DNA of 64,000 nt from Bacteroidota bacterium (GTDB lineage: Bacteria; Bacteroidota; Bacteroidia; AKYH767-A; OLB10), in contig JADJOZ010000007.1 of the NCBI GenBank assembly GCA_016713525.1, positions 95,033 to 159,032 on the forward strand, in the 5' to 3' direction. The position numbers and the translations under genes were made by a program. The notes below the pieces were generated by a model. That model did not search any database, was not told the DNA's origin, and worked only from the letters and a program-made list of their open reading frames with translations. How positions within the stretch are numbered: position 1 is the stretch's first letter; every line of letters starts with the position of its first letter. This document shows positions 31,323 through 41,999 of this stretch, in pieces.

Positions 31323-31348
31323 AATAAAATTATTTTAAAATTTTAATT

Positions 31349-32223
31349 TTAAGTTGCTGCAATTTCAGCTTCACGGTTAATTTTCTTTACCAGTCCCTGC
31401 AATACTTTGCCAGGCCCCACTTCAACAAAAGTTTTGCACCGTGTTCAATCATATTCTGAATGGTTTGTGTCCATCGGACCGGTGCTGTTAATTGATCCAC
31501 TAAATTTTTGCGTATGATGTTTGGATCACCTGAAGGCATTGCATTCACATTTTGAAAAACAGGACAAACCGGATTATTGAAACTTGTAGCATCAATAGCA
31601 GCTGCAAGTTTCATGCGGGCAGGCTCCATTATGGGCGAGTGAAATGCACCACCGACATTTAAGAGTAAAGCCCGTTTAGCACCTGCTGCTGTTAGTTTTT
31701 CGCATGCAGTTTTTACTCCTTCAATTGTTCCGGAAATTACTATTTGTCCCGGACAGTTATAATTTGCCGGAACAACCACATCATTAATGGAAGCGCAAAT
31801 ATCTTCAATAATTTTATCGTCAAGATCAAGAATAGCAGCCATGGTTGAAGGGTTCGCCTGACAAGCTTCCTGCATCGCATTTGCGCGTGCAATAACTAAC
31901 CGGAGTGCATCTTCAAACTCAAGTGTTTTGTTGGCTACAAGTGCCGAGAATTCACCCAGTGAATGACCTGCTACCATATCAGGTTTAAAAGCATTTCCTA
32001 AATGTTTGGCAGCAATAACTGAATGAATAAAGATGGCAGGTTGTGTGACATTTGTCTGTTTCAAATCTTCATCAGTACCGGAAAACATCAAATCCGTGAT
32101 TCTGAATCCCAAAATTTCATTGGCACGTTCAAACAATGATTTTGATGCATCGGAATTATCATAGAGCTCTTTGCCCATTCCTACAAATTGCGACCCCTGA
32201 CCGGGGAACAAGTATGCTTTCAT
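31349..32223 (-). CDS. fabD: malonyl-CoA:ACP transacylase FabD, with apparent 1-nt frameshift near 31428-31432
   Basis: GQGSQ, GHSLGEF active-site motif; C-terminus KTFVEVGPGKVLQGLVKKI is in the -1 frame after an A4 run. Confidence 0.75.
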
Positions 32224-32287
32224 AATATCAGAAATTTTGCACGATTTTAATCAAAACTGTGCTCATTTCAAAGCAACTTACTCAACT

Positions 32288-32905
32288 TCACACAAAACGT
32301 TTGCCAATCAGGCTGATAAATTCACTCCGGGTTTTCTCATTTTCAAATTCTCCAGTAAATGCTGATGTTGTGGTAATTGAATTTTGTTTCTGAATTCCAC
32401 GCATTTGCATGCATAAATGGTGTGCTTCAATTACTACGGCTACGCCAAGAGGTTTTAAAGTATTATCAATACAATCACGTATTTGTGTTGTAAGTCGCTC
32501 CTGCACCTGAAGTCTTCTTGAATAGGCATCTACCACTCGGGGAATTTTGCTCAAACCTACAATGTGTTTATCGGGAATGTAGGCCACATGTGCTTTACCA
32601 AAAAATGGTAATAAGTGATGTTCACACATCGAATAAATCTCAATATCTTTTACGATCACCATTTGCTGGTAATCTTCCCGGAATTTCGCAGACAGGAGTA
32701 TTTTTTCAGGATCAAGATCATACCCATGTGTGAGGAATTGCATCGCTTTTGCAACACGTTCAGGTGTTTTTAATAAACCCTCCCGCTTCGGATCTTCCCC
32801 TAATTCTTTTAATACAGTTAAATAGGCAGCCGAAAGGGCTTCTACTCTCTTTTGATTATAATGGTCGATCTTGGTGTATCCGTCGTTGTTGTTATCGTAA
32901 TTCAT
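32288..32905 (-). CDS. folE: GTP cyclohydrolase I
   Basis: 205 aa; conserved ...[17 protein letters not shown]..., CEHH zinc site. Confidence 0.85.
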   Translation of the reverse strand: MNYDNNNDGYTKIDHYNQKRVEALSAAYLTVLKELGEDPKREGLLKTPERVAKAMQFLTHGYDLDPEKILLSAKFREDYQQMVIVKDIEIYSMCEHHLLPFFGKAHVAYIPDKHIVGLSKIPRVVDAYSRRLQVQERLTTQIRDCIDNTLKPLGVAVVIEAHHLCMQMRGIQKQNSITTTSAFTGEFENEKTRSEFISLIGKRFV

Positions 32906-32929
32906 TCTGTAAAATGTAATTTCTGTATC

Positions 32930-33346
32930 TTATAATGTTCCGAAATATTCAACAAAATTATTTTCTGTTTCATACAATTTAATACTGTGCAAATGGCCCC
33001 CGGCATCTGAAATATCACCTGCTAATTGCTCCCAGATGGCTTGTGCTAAAACCTCGGTTGAAGGCATTTTTCCCTTCATAAAATCAACATCTAGATTAAT
33101 ATTTTTATGATCAAGTTTGTTGATGACTTTTTCCCTGATTCATGCTGATAATTTCTTCAAATCCATACCAACGCCGGTAACAGGATCAGGATTCCCTTTC
33201 ACAGTCACATAAAGCTCATAGTTATGTCCATGCCAGTTAGGATTAGAACATTTACCAAAAACTTCCATATTTTTTTCATCACTCCAACTGGCAATGTGCA
33301 ATTTGTGTGCTGCATTAAAGCGTTCTTTGCGTGTAACGAATACCAT
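32930..33346 (-). CDS. 6-pyruvoyl-tetrahydropterin synthase/QueD-like protein interrupted by an in-frame TGA (33140-33142)
   Basis: N-part ...CSNPNWHGHNYEL...GMDLKKLSA*, then in-frame IREKVINKLDHKNINLDVDFMKGKMPSTE...LYETENNFVEYFG; the stop aligns with a Leu in homologs. Confidence 0.65.
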
Positions 33347-33469
33347 TCAATAAAAGGATTTTAATTGTGCTGAAAATTGTAGTATTTTGCGGTTATCAAG
33401 CAAAGGTATGAAATCAATGACTCTTATAACATTTCTGCCCCCTTCACTGTTCTATCAAAAAGCAAATAA

Positions 33470-34161
33470 ATGTTAAAAATTTTAATTGTTGCTGCAACGG
33501 AGCGGGAATCTGCCTTTCTGATTTCAAAAAAAATTAAGAATTCAACCCCTCAGTTAATCACCGTTACTACTAATCCATTAATTCAGGTTGATTTACTTAT
33601 CACAGGACCCGGTATGGTGGCAACCACTTTTGCAATGACAAAAACGCTGGAAAACAATGATTATCAACTCACTATAAATATTGGCATTTGCGGTTCACTC
33701 GATAAAAAATTGCAACCTGTAAGACTGGTCAATATTGCCACCGATCAATTTGGGGATTTTGGAGCAGAAGATGATAAAGAATTTCTACCTGCATTCAATA
33801 TCGGACTCCTTCCAAATCAAAAGGGAATTCAAAAGAGCGGGGAATTAAAATCAACTAACAAATTTAAAATCAGCAGTTTAAAGGCTATTCCACAACGAAA
33901 AGGAATTACAGTACAAAAAGTGCACGGTTCTGCAAAAAGTGCCAGAGAAGCTTTTGACCGGTATGGTCCGGTGATGGAAACCATGGAAGGAGCGGCCTTT
34001 TTTATGTAGCAAACCAATATAGGATTCAATCACTTCAAATACGTGCTATTTCTAATATGGTAGAAAAGCGGAATCGCAAATCCTGGAAAATTGACGAAGC
34101 TATTGATGCTTTGTCGGGATATATCTCTTTGCTTTTGTTGGAATTACAATCTCATAAATGA
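33470..34161 (+). CDS. mqnB: futalosine hydrolase MqnB-like (MTA/SAH nucleosidase family), with apparent 1-nt frameshift near 33998-34003
   Basis: LITGPGMVATT..ETMEGAAFF, then YVANQYRIQSLQIRAISNMV... in the +1 frame after a T6 run; joined length 230 aa. Confidence 0.55.
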
Positions 34162-34177
34162 AAATTGCCGGCTCCTT

Positions 34178-34831
34178 ATGAAACAAAAAGAAGTCATTCC
34201 AATTCCGCCATTGCATGTCAGGAAATTGCTCGAATCGGGCGAAGGTGATCAATTGGATTACAAGAAAGAAGTAAACAGTGAACATAAAATAGCCAAGACG
34301 ATGGTATCATTTGCCAATCACAAAGGCGGACGGCTTTTAATAGGAGTTAATGATAACCGTACTATTCATGGAATTGCCGTTGAAGAGGAGAAATTTATGC
34401 TCGAAAAAGCAGCAGGATTTTATTGCAAACCTCCCATTGATATCGAAATAACAACCTGGAAAATCGGCAAAAGGAACATTTTGGAGGTTATAATCCCTAA
34501 AGGTGACAACAAACCTTACTATGCTTTGGCTGAAGATGACAAATGGTGGGCATATATCAGGGTAAAGGATCAGTCACTATTGGCGAGCAAAGTTGTATTG
34601 GATGTGCTGAAAAAAGAAGGCGATGGCAGTGATACTTTAGTAGCGTTTTCAAGCAAAGAAAAAGCATTACTCGATTATTTAAATGAACATCCGAAGATTA
34701 CCTTAAATCAATATTGCAAACTGATCAATATTTCACGAAGAAGAGCTACTGTTATACTGGTAAATCTGATAAGAATGGGTGTTATAAGGGCGCATGCACA
34801 TGAAACACCTGAATTTTATACATTAAGTTGA
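34178..34831 (+). CDS. AlbA_2 (Schlafen-like divergent AAA) domain protein with C-terminal winged HTH
   Basis: LLESGEGDQLDYKKEV...VSFANHKGGRLLIGVNDNRTIHGI motif; the ORF-track start at 34091 overlaps mqnB and is probably spurious. Confidence 0.5.
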   Translation: MKQKEVIPIPPLHVRKLLESGEGDQLDYKKEVNSEHKIAKTMVSFANHKGGRLLIGVNDNRTIHGIAVEEEKFMLEKAAGFYCKPPIDIEITTWKIGKRNILEVIIPKGDNKPYYALAEDDKWWAYIRVKDQSLLASKVVLDVLKKEGDGSDTLVAFSSKEKALLDYLNEHPKITLNQYCKLINISRRRATVILVNLIRMGVIRAHAHETPEFYTLS

Positions 34832-34871
34832 GAAATCTCATATGAAATGAGAACAGTTTTGTGTACATTTG

Positions 34872-34879
34872 ATCAGTAT
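34872..34879 (+). promoter_or_regulatory. -7 box TACATTTG upstream of the ytxH-like gene
   Basis: TAnnTTTG match 38 nt upstream of the ATG at 34917. Confidence 0.3.
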
Positions 34880-34916
34880 TGTGAGAATAATATTCAATTA
34901 GTAAAGAAAGGTTATA

Positions 34917-35114
34917 ATGGGAAATAATTCTAAAATCCTCCTGGCATTGTTAGCCGGAGCAGCCGCCGGAGTAGCAATTGGTATTCTGATTGCACCTGAA
35001 AAAGGGTCTGAAAGCAGAAAAAAAATCACAGATACAGCAAAAAAACTTGCTGATACTTTATTGACAAAAGCAGAAGAAACATTGGATGAGATGGCCGGTA
35101 ACACTAAAGTCTGA
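34917..35114 (+). CDS. YtxH-like small membrane-anchored stress protein
   Basis: 65 aa; N-terminal TM LLALLAGAAAGVAIGILIAP, then a charged helix. Confidence 0.45.
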   Translation: MGNNSKILLALLAGAAAGVAIGILIAPEKGSESRKKITDTAKKLADTLLTKAEETLDEMAGNTKV

Positions 35115-35125
35115 TTTGAATATTT

Positions 35126-35487
35126 ATGGAAAATATTAAACCTGTAATAGAAAATATTGCTGATGACATTAAGGATTATGTTGAAACCAGCATAACTTTA
35201 TACAAACATCAGGCAACACAAAAGGTGCAGAAGTTGCATCGGAAGCGATTATTAATCTGCTGATAGCATTCTTCATTGGAACCGCTCTGCTGTTTGGTAG
35301 TATTGCCTGCTCACTATATTTATCGGAATTACTGGGTCACCCCTATTCCGGATTTCTTATTATGACAGGTTTTTACGCATTACTGGGTTTTATTGTTATT
35401 TTAACCAAAGATAAGTGGTTAAAAAACCGGATGGTTGACAGCTTTATTAAATCAATTTATAAGGATCAGCATGAAATCAAAAATTGA
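35126..35487 (+). CDS. phage-holin-family (DUF1469-like) membrane protein, with apparent frameshift near 35217-35224
   Basis: MENIKPVIENIADDIKDYVETSITLYKHQATQK, then GAEVASEAIINLLIAFFIGTALLFG...two TM helices in the +1 frame after an A4 run. Confidence 0.45.
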
Positions 35488-35899
35488 TTCATTAGCAACT
35501 TTACAGCTTGAAATTGAACGGTTGAAAAGTCTGAAGGCCACAAAAGACATTCAGCTTAAACAATCGTTTCAAAATCTTTCGAATGAATTAAAACCTGTCA
35601 ATCTGATCAGGAGCACTTTTAGTTCTATTACAAAAGACAGTGAATTAAAAACTCAGATCCAGTCAAAAGGTTTGGAAGCTGCTTTAGGATTTATTGTCAC
35701 TAATCTGCTGTTTAAAAATGCTAATCCTGTTATACGAACAGCTGCCACACTATTCGGAACCACATTTGCTTCCAAACTATTTGGTGAAGATTCAGGAAAT
35801 ATAATTTCCCGAATAAAAACTCTTTACCAAAAGATTAAAGAAAAAACGCCGGTTGAAGAAAATAAACCATTTGATGAAGGAGATATTTATAAAAGTTAA
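35471..35899 (+). CDS. coiled-coil protein of unknown function
   Basis: Likely start MKSKIDSLATLQLEIERLKS; the ORF-track start at 35435 overlaps the previous gene. Confidence 0.4.
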   Translation: MKSKIDSLATLQLEIERLKSLKATKDIQLKQSFQNLSNELKPVNLIRSTFSSITKDSELKTQIQSKGLEAALGFIVTNLLFKNANPVIRTAATLFGTTFASKLFGEDSGNIISRIKTLYQKIKEKTPVEENKPFDEGDIYKS

Positions 35900-35903
35900 C
35901 TAA

Positions 35904-37763
35904 TTAGTTTATCACCAATTTAGCTATTTTCCGATTACCTGATTGAATAATATTAACCAGGTAAATTCCTTTTGACAAGCCAGACCCATCAATAACAAAT
36001 GTATTGGTAGTTCCTGTTAGAGAAGCTTGGTAACAAATTCTTCCTTTCATATCAATTACTTCTATACTTGAAACTGTTCCTTTTGAAGCATCCCAGGTTA
36101 TCATGGTTTTTCCGGATGCAGGATTTGGAGAAATAGTAATCCCGCTATTAATATCCAATTCGGAAAGGGACAAACAGTCATCCACAATTACAGAAACATC
36201 ATATGGAATAATACATCCGTTTCCTGCATCGTAAGTATAAGTTATAACGTGAGTACCTACCCCTGCATTTCCGGGTTGGAAAGAATTACCGGTGACACCT
36301 GCTCCGGAAAATGAACCTCCTAAAGGCGTTCCTGACAAATTAACTGATGAACCATTCACACAAATTATCTGTGGCAATCCACTAAAGAACACATTAGGGG
36401 AGGGATTTAGAATAAGTGTAACGGTATCTGAATAATTGATGCATCCGGAACCATTAGTTACCCTTACATGATAATTCCCGGATACTGTTGTGTTATAAGT
36501 TGCGGTTGCAGCTAAAGGCAAGGGAGCTCCATTCTGAAACCATTGGTATGAAAATCCGGGGAAGAAAGGGGTTTTTAAGGAATAAGATGATGTACAGGAT
36601 GTAATCGTATCTTCAACAGATATAAATGCCGTTGGGAGACATGAAGCATCTGAAAGTTTCAGTACACCACTGGTGTTCTTTCCAATATATAATTCTCCAT
36701 ACCTGTCCTGGCCAAATGTGGTGTATTCATAAAGTGTTGCACCACCTAAGGAATTATGCACGAAAGTACCATTTCCTGCAGGTGTGAGTGTTTGAATTTC
36801 ACCGCTACAATAATCTGCAAAAAAGTACTTTCCAAACCATGCAGCATATTGCGGACCACGGTAAACATAGCCACCGGTTACTGCGCAAGGAGGAAAGTGA
36901 CCATATGTATAAACAGGTTCAGTGAGTGCTGAGGCAGGGAGGCAACCAACAGTATCAAAAACTGTAACACCTTCATAACATCTCCATCCATAATTCTCAC
37001 CGCCGGAACTCGATGCAGGCTGGAAATTAATTTCTTCCCAAAGATTTTGACCAACATCACCAATCCAGAAGTCACCTGTTATTTTATCGAATGAAACTCT
37101 CCATGGATTTCTTACACCAACAGCCCATATATGCGGATTTGCCACAGAAGATCCATAATATGGGTTGCTTCCGGGAATACTATAACCTGAAGGAGTATTA
37201 ACATCAATACGCAAAATTTTTCCTAGTAAAAGCTGCTTGTTCTGTGCCCTGTTTCCGGGATCTCCTCCTGCACCACCATCGCCTAGAGCAATATACAGGT
37301 AACCATCGGGACCAAAATGCATGGAACCACCATTATGATTTGGATAAGGTTGAGCAACTGTAAATAAAATTTCTTCATTCAATGAATCGGCCACATCGGG
37401 ATTACCGGCACTAACCTGAAAACGGGATACAACAGTGGTTCCGATGAGGTTTGTATAATTAACATAAAACCGTCCATCACTGGCATAAGTCGGGCTAAAT
37501 GCCAAACCCAACAACCCCTGCTCCGATGTATTATCATTTACCTTAGATGTTATACTTAGAAAAGGAGTTGGAAGTAAATTGCCCGACAAATCGGAAATCC
37601 GGATTCTACCTTCCTGTTCTACTATGAAAAGCCGGTCATCACCAACATTAGTAATATCAGTTACTTTGTTAACTGCATTGACAAATGGAGTAAGTGTCAA
37701 CTGAGCTTTTACAATGCAAAATGACATCAGGATAAGTAACAGCGAGAAATATAATTTTTTCAT
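35904..37763 (-). CDS. PQQ-dependent sugar (glucose/sorbosone) dehydrogenase with PKD-like domain and T9SS C-terminal sorting domain
   Basis: GSDH signature ...LGLAFSP...GRFYVNYT...PNHNGGSMHFGPDGYLYIALGDGGAGGDPGNRAQN...GKILRIDV; signal peptide; C-terminal ...GIYLVNIIQSGNRKIAKLVIN. Confidence 0.7.
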   Translation of the reverse strand: MKKLYFSLLLILMSFCIVKAQLTLTPFVNAVNKVTDITNVGDDRLFIVEQEGRIRISDLSGNLLPTPFLSITSKVNDNTSEQGLLGLAFSPTYASDGRFYVNYTNLIGTTVVSRFQVSAGNPDVADSLNEEILFTVAQPYPNHNGGSMHFGPDGYLYIALGDGGAGGDPGNRAQNKQLLLGKILRIDVNTPSGYSIPGSNPYYGSSVANPHIWAVGVRNPWRVSFDKITGDFWIGDVGQNLWEEINFQPASSSGGENYGWRCYEGVTVFDTVGCLPASALTEPVYTYGHFPPCAVTGGYVYRGPQYAAWFGKYFFADYCSGEIQTLTPAGNGTFVHNSLGGATLYEYTTFGQDRYGELYIGKNTSGVLKLSDASCLPTAFISVEDTITSCTSSYSLKTPFFPGFSYQWFQNGAPLPLAATATYNTTVSGNYHVRVTNGSGCINYSDTVTLILNPSPNVFFSGLPQIICVNGSSVNLSGTPLGGSFSGAGVTGNSFQPGNAGVGTHVITYTYDAGNGCIIPYDVSVIVDDCLSLSELDINSGITISPNPASGKTMITWDASKGTVSSIEVIDMKGRICYQASLTGTTNTFVIDGSGLSKGIYLVNIIQSGNRKIAKLVIN

Positions 37764-37841
37764 GAATTCAGAGTTTATTTCACAAAATTACGAATTCAAT
37801 TTTTTAAATAGGGGAATGGTATCAATTTTACTTACACCTTA

Positions 37842-37883
37842 CAAAAAAAGGCCGGGCTGCAGAAATTAATCTGCAGCCCGGCC
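37842..37883 (-). terminator. rho-independent terminator of hup
   Basis: Perfect 13-bp stem GGCCGGGCTGCAG/CTGCAGCCCGGCC with an 8-nt loop, preceded on the plus strand by A7 (T7 after the hairpin on the minus strand). Confidence 0.65.
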
Positions 37884-37897
37884 TGAAATTACTTAGC

Positions 37898-38170
37898 TTA
37901 CTTAACTTTTGATGAAAGTTCAGCTCCAGCTTTAAATTTAGCTACTTTTTTAGCAGCAATTTTAATTTCTTTTCCAGTTTGTGGGTTACGACCCGTACGT
38001 GCAGCCCTTTTGGCAACTGAGAAAGTACCAAAACCAACTAAAGTAACTTTGTCTCCTTTTTTAAGAGTCTTAGCAGTTACATTCAGGAAAGCTTCAAGTG
38101 CTCTCTGAGCATCTGCTTTCGTGATTTTTGCTTCTGATGCCATAGCATCAACTAATTCACCTTTGTTCAT
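37898..38170 (-). CDS. hup: HU family DNA-binding protein
   Basis: 90 aa [12 protein letters not shown]...[20 protein letters not shown]. Confidence 0.85.
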   Translation of the reverse strand: MNKGELVDAMASEAKITKADAQRALEAFLNVTAKTLKKGDKVTLVGFGTFSVAKRAARTGRNPQTGKEIKIAAKKVAKFKAGAELSSKVK

Positions 38171-38437
38171 TTTAATAGTTTTTAATGGTTAGTAATTGAA
38201 CACAACGAAAGTATACGAAAGTCAGTCATAGTGCAACTTTGCTGAGTATAAATACCCTGAATTGTTGATAAATAGGGGCTTTTGTTGAAAACTCAATACT
38301 CAAACTCGCTCACAGAGCAGGTTACAGCAGTTTTAAATTAAAAATAAAACAACATATCTATAGATTGTGTGGTGCAGTCAAAACATTTCTATGAACACAT
38401 TACATGCAAACCACTTAAGTTGATTGCACCCAGCAAA

Positions 38438-40518
38438 TCAGTAGGCAAGTACTTTAGCAATCATTGCAGCAACCTTTTCAGCATTTGGAATCATTGTAAA
38501 TTCAAGAACTGAATTCAATGGAATGGCAGGTAAATTTTCAGAACCTATCACATCTACAGGTGCATCCAGGTGACGGAAACATTTGGAGGAAATTCTTCCT
38601 GCCAATGCCTGTGCAAAAGAATTATTTACCGGTTCTTCAGTAACAACCAAACAACGATTATTGCGGACAACCGATTCAAATATAAGATCTTCATCAATCG
38701 GATGAATTGTTCTTAAATCAATAATTTCAACTCTGCCAGGAAATTGTTTGGCAGCATTTTTTGCCCAATAAACACCCATCCCATAAGTAATAATGCTCAA
38801 TGTAGTGTGTTTACTTTCGATATCAGATTCCTGAACAATTCTTCCCTTGCCAAAAGGAATTATATAATTTTCATCCGGTTCAATGGTCTTAGCGTCTTCC
38901 GTACCTTTTATTTTTGACCAGTATAAACCTTTGTGTTCAAAAATTACTACCGGATTGGGGTCATAATAAGCAGCCTTTAACAAACCTTTTAAATCAGCTC
39001 CTGTAGAAGGATATGCAATTTTCACGCCCCGTATATTCGCTACTACACTTTCAACACTTGAAGAATGATAAGGACCGCCGCTTCCATAAGCACCAATAGG
39101 CACCCTGATAATGCAACTAACCGGCCATTTACCATTCGACAAATAACAAGATCGACTGACTTCTGTAAACAATTGATTTAGTCCTGGCCAGATATAATCT
39201 GCAAACTGAACCTCTACTATTGGCTTGCAACCGGCAGCCGACATCCCAACGGTACTTCCTATAATAAATGCTTCCTGTATTGGAGTATTAAATACTCTGT
39301 CGTCACCAAATTTTTGTGCCAGTGTTGCGGCTTCTCTGAAAACTCCGCCTAACCTTCTTCCAACATCCTGACCATATAAAAGGCATTCTTTATGTTTGGT
39401 CATTAATTCCTGGACAGCAAAAGTGCGCAATCCACCATCACAGTTTTTTCTTTACCTGCCGGCTCCCTCTCCCCTTTTTCTTCTGTTACAGGAGTGGGTG
39501 CAAAATCATGGAGATACAAATCTTCCGGCCTGGGGTCTTCCGCAGCCATGGCTTTGTTATAATCTATCTGAACTGTTGCATCACAGTTACTGATTATCTG
39601 ATCTAGTTGATCAGAAGAAAATCCGAAGTCAATTAATTGATTTCGAAATTTAGGGTAAGGATCACGTTTTTGTTGTTCTTCCAGATCATCTCTATACCAT
39701 TCCTTCCGAACACCGGAAGTATGATGATTTAACAATGGCACTTTTGCATGAATAAGGAACGGACGTCTTTCTGTCCGCACTTTTGAAAATACTTCCCGAA
39801 CAGTTTGATACGAAGTAATAAAATCCGTTCCATCAATAGACCTTACCTCAAGTCCTTTAAATCCTTCGGCATATTCTGAAGCATCCATTGCTCTGATTTC
39901 ACGGGCATGAGCAGAAATGTCCCATTCATTATCCTGTACCAAATAAACTATTGGCAACTTTTTCAACACTGCCATCTGAAAAGCTTCTGCTACTTCACCT
40001 TCAGTGACAGAAGCATCACCCAATGAACAAACTACAAGAGGTGCATTTCCTGTTTCAGCAACTGCTAATCCCTGTTTTTCAAGATACTGAATTCCCATCG
40101 CCACACCAGTTGCGGGAATTGCCTGCATTCCTGTTGCTGATGATTGCATTGGAATTTTAGGCATTCCAGGACGATTCAAACTCGGATGACTATAATATAA
40201 CCTGCCACCACTAAAAGGATCGTCTCGCTTCGCCATTAATTGAAGCATTAATTCATATGGCTGCATTCCAATAGACAACAAAATACTGTCGTCGCGGTAA
40301 TATGCAGAAAGAAAATCCTGCTCTCCCAACTGCAAACCAAGTGCTATTTGAATTGCTTCATGTCCCCGTGAAGTTGCATGTACATATTTACTGGTAAAGG
40401 CACTATTTGCCTCGTATATTGCAGACATTGCCTTTGCTGTTCCCATAAGTCTGAATGCATTCAGCAAAATGGCTTCAGAAATTTCGGTAGCGGCGGCAGC
40501 TTCTTTGATATTATTCAT
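38438..40518 (-). CDS. 2-oxoacid dehydrogenase E1 component, alpha (TPP-binding) plus beta (transketolase-like); probably a fused alpha-beta gene with a 1-nt homopolymer frameshift near 39444-39449
   Basis: Alpha ORF 39403-40518 and beta ORF 38438-39430 overlap by 28 nt; ...EKGEREPAGKEK continues as NCDGGLRTFAVQELMT in the -1 frame after a T6/A6 run. Confidence 0.6.
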
Positions 40519-40544
40519 AGCAGCAAAGGTAATAAATTAGGCGT

Positions 40545-41975
40545 TCAGGGCATCTGTTGAGGGATGTCAGCATTGCGATAAATTAACTTTCTATCCGACA
40601 CTCTGGTGAGCCCCATGAAACCTGTCGATAACTCCATATCTATTGACAAAAATTCCTTATCTGCCAATTCAAGACCAAAAGCGTTGAACTTTAATACTTT
40701 AGGGTAATTCATCAAATATGAATTATCGACACGATACTCATAAATGAGAACTTTATTCCGGGGATCTTTTAAAATAGAATAATCGATGATTTTGGCATTC
40801 ACGACCCGGGTATCCACCACAATTTGTTGATCCAAAAACAACACAATTGCCAATGCAGGCACGGTAACTCCCAGAAGTCCAAAAAGCATGAGATGCCTGA
40901 ATAGAAAAATGCCTTTGGAATAAAAGTATTTCCTGAATCCGGTCACTATGGCAACACCTGTCACAATAAAGCAGATAAAAAAATAGTCAGGGAACAAAAA
41001 CCATTCAGAAACATGATATACATAAGTTAATCCTAAAAAGATGCCACCAAGAATATAATAGAAACTCCAGTGATTAGTGTCGTACTTATAGTTTTTCCTG
41101 ACTTTGGCAGGGAAAGAAACCCGGGAATGATCATTGTTTACCGACTGAATAAAATCCTGCTCCAATCTAAAATCATTTGATTTATTTAGTGGATTCAAAT
41201 TGAGCAGGAAGCACAGATGATTAAATATATCAGGCAATTCTTTTTGAAAGTCTGCTGCTGCTTCAAAAAAATGTTCCACACAAACTGCAAAAAATTCTTC
41301 AATATTAGTTGCTGCGTATGGTCTCAGGAATGAGGATTCACCATTTTGTAATCTGGAAAATTCAGGAAGGGCAATTTCTTCCCAGCTATCTACATAATTG
41401 GCAAAACGTTGATCGAAATCGTTGCCATATTTAAGTTGAATACGAAGTGCATGAGCCATTTCATGCAGACCCAGATTATACTTATCTTTATCATCAGCGA
41501 AACCTTCCATAAAATCTTTCCAGGAAAGAAATAAAACACCGGAAGTGGAAGCACCTCCTTTCAGATATCTGTCGTGCATTTTGGAATAAAACGATTCCGG
41601 AAATATGCGAATAGTTTTATAATGATTGAACCCGGAAGTATTGAAACCAAATGAAATTTGTGCAGCAGTTCCCGCAATGGCAACATGCATTTCTTCTGTT
41701 ACCTCTAATCCTTCTCTGCCCTCTAAACTTTTGGAATAAATAAATTCAAAACATTTCTCAATCATTCGAACTTTGCCTGCTTCTGACAAGTTTCGGTAAA
41801 AAGAATTATGTTTTTCAAGGTTTGCCCCTATTTCTCTAAATTCGGCATTTTTATATGGCCTGAATAACAAAAGCAGCCAGACTTTAATTTTTGATGATGA
41901 CATTTGATTGACAAAAACCATCAGCAGTAAAAATACCAGAACAATTGCGATCAGAAACGGACCTGATAAATTCAT
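40545..41975 (-). CDS. MtfA-like (M90) zinc peptidase domain fused to a C-terminal polytopic membrane domain
   Basis: HEMAHAL HExxH motif in the N-terminal soluble domain; about 5 TM helices in the C-terminal third. Confidence 0.45.
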   Translation of the reverse strand: MNLSGPFLIAIVLVFLLLMVFVNQMSSSKIKVWLLLLFRPYKNAEFREIGANLEKHNSFYRNLSEAGKVRMIEKCFEFIYSKSLEGREGLEVTEEMHVAIAGTAAQISFGFNTSGFNHYKTIRIFPESFYSKMHDRYLKGGASTSGVLFLSWKDFMEGFADDKDKYNLGLHEMAHALRIQLKYGNDFDQRFANYVDSWEEIALPEFSRLQNGESSFLRPYAATNIEEFFAVCVEHFFEAAADFQKELPDIFNHLCFLLNLNPLNKSNDFRLEQDFIQSVNNDHSRVSFPAKVRKNYKYDTNHWSFYYILGGIFLGLTYVYHVSEWFLFPDYFFICFIVTGVAIVTGFRKYFYSKGIFLFRHLMLFGLLGVTVPALAIVLFLDQQIVVDTRVVNAKIIDYSILKDPRNKVLIYEYRVDNSYLMNYPKVLKFNAFGLELADKEFLSIDMELSTGFMGLTRVSDRKLIYRNADIPQQMP

Positions 41976-41999
41976 GAAGTTATTCTGTAAACCGGTGAA

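Noticed and set aside
34091-34177. ORF-track start of the AlbA_2 protein overlapping mqnB
   Set aside because: Once the mqnB frameshift is repaired, mqnB ends at 34161. The AlbA_2 domain begins at the Met at 34178.
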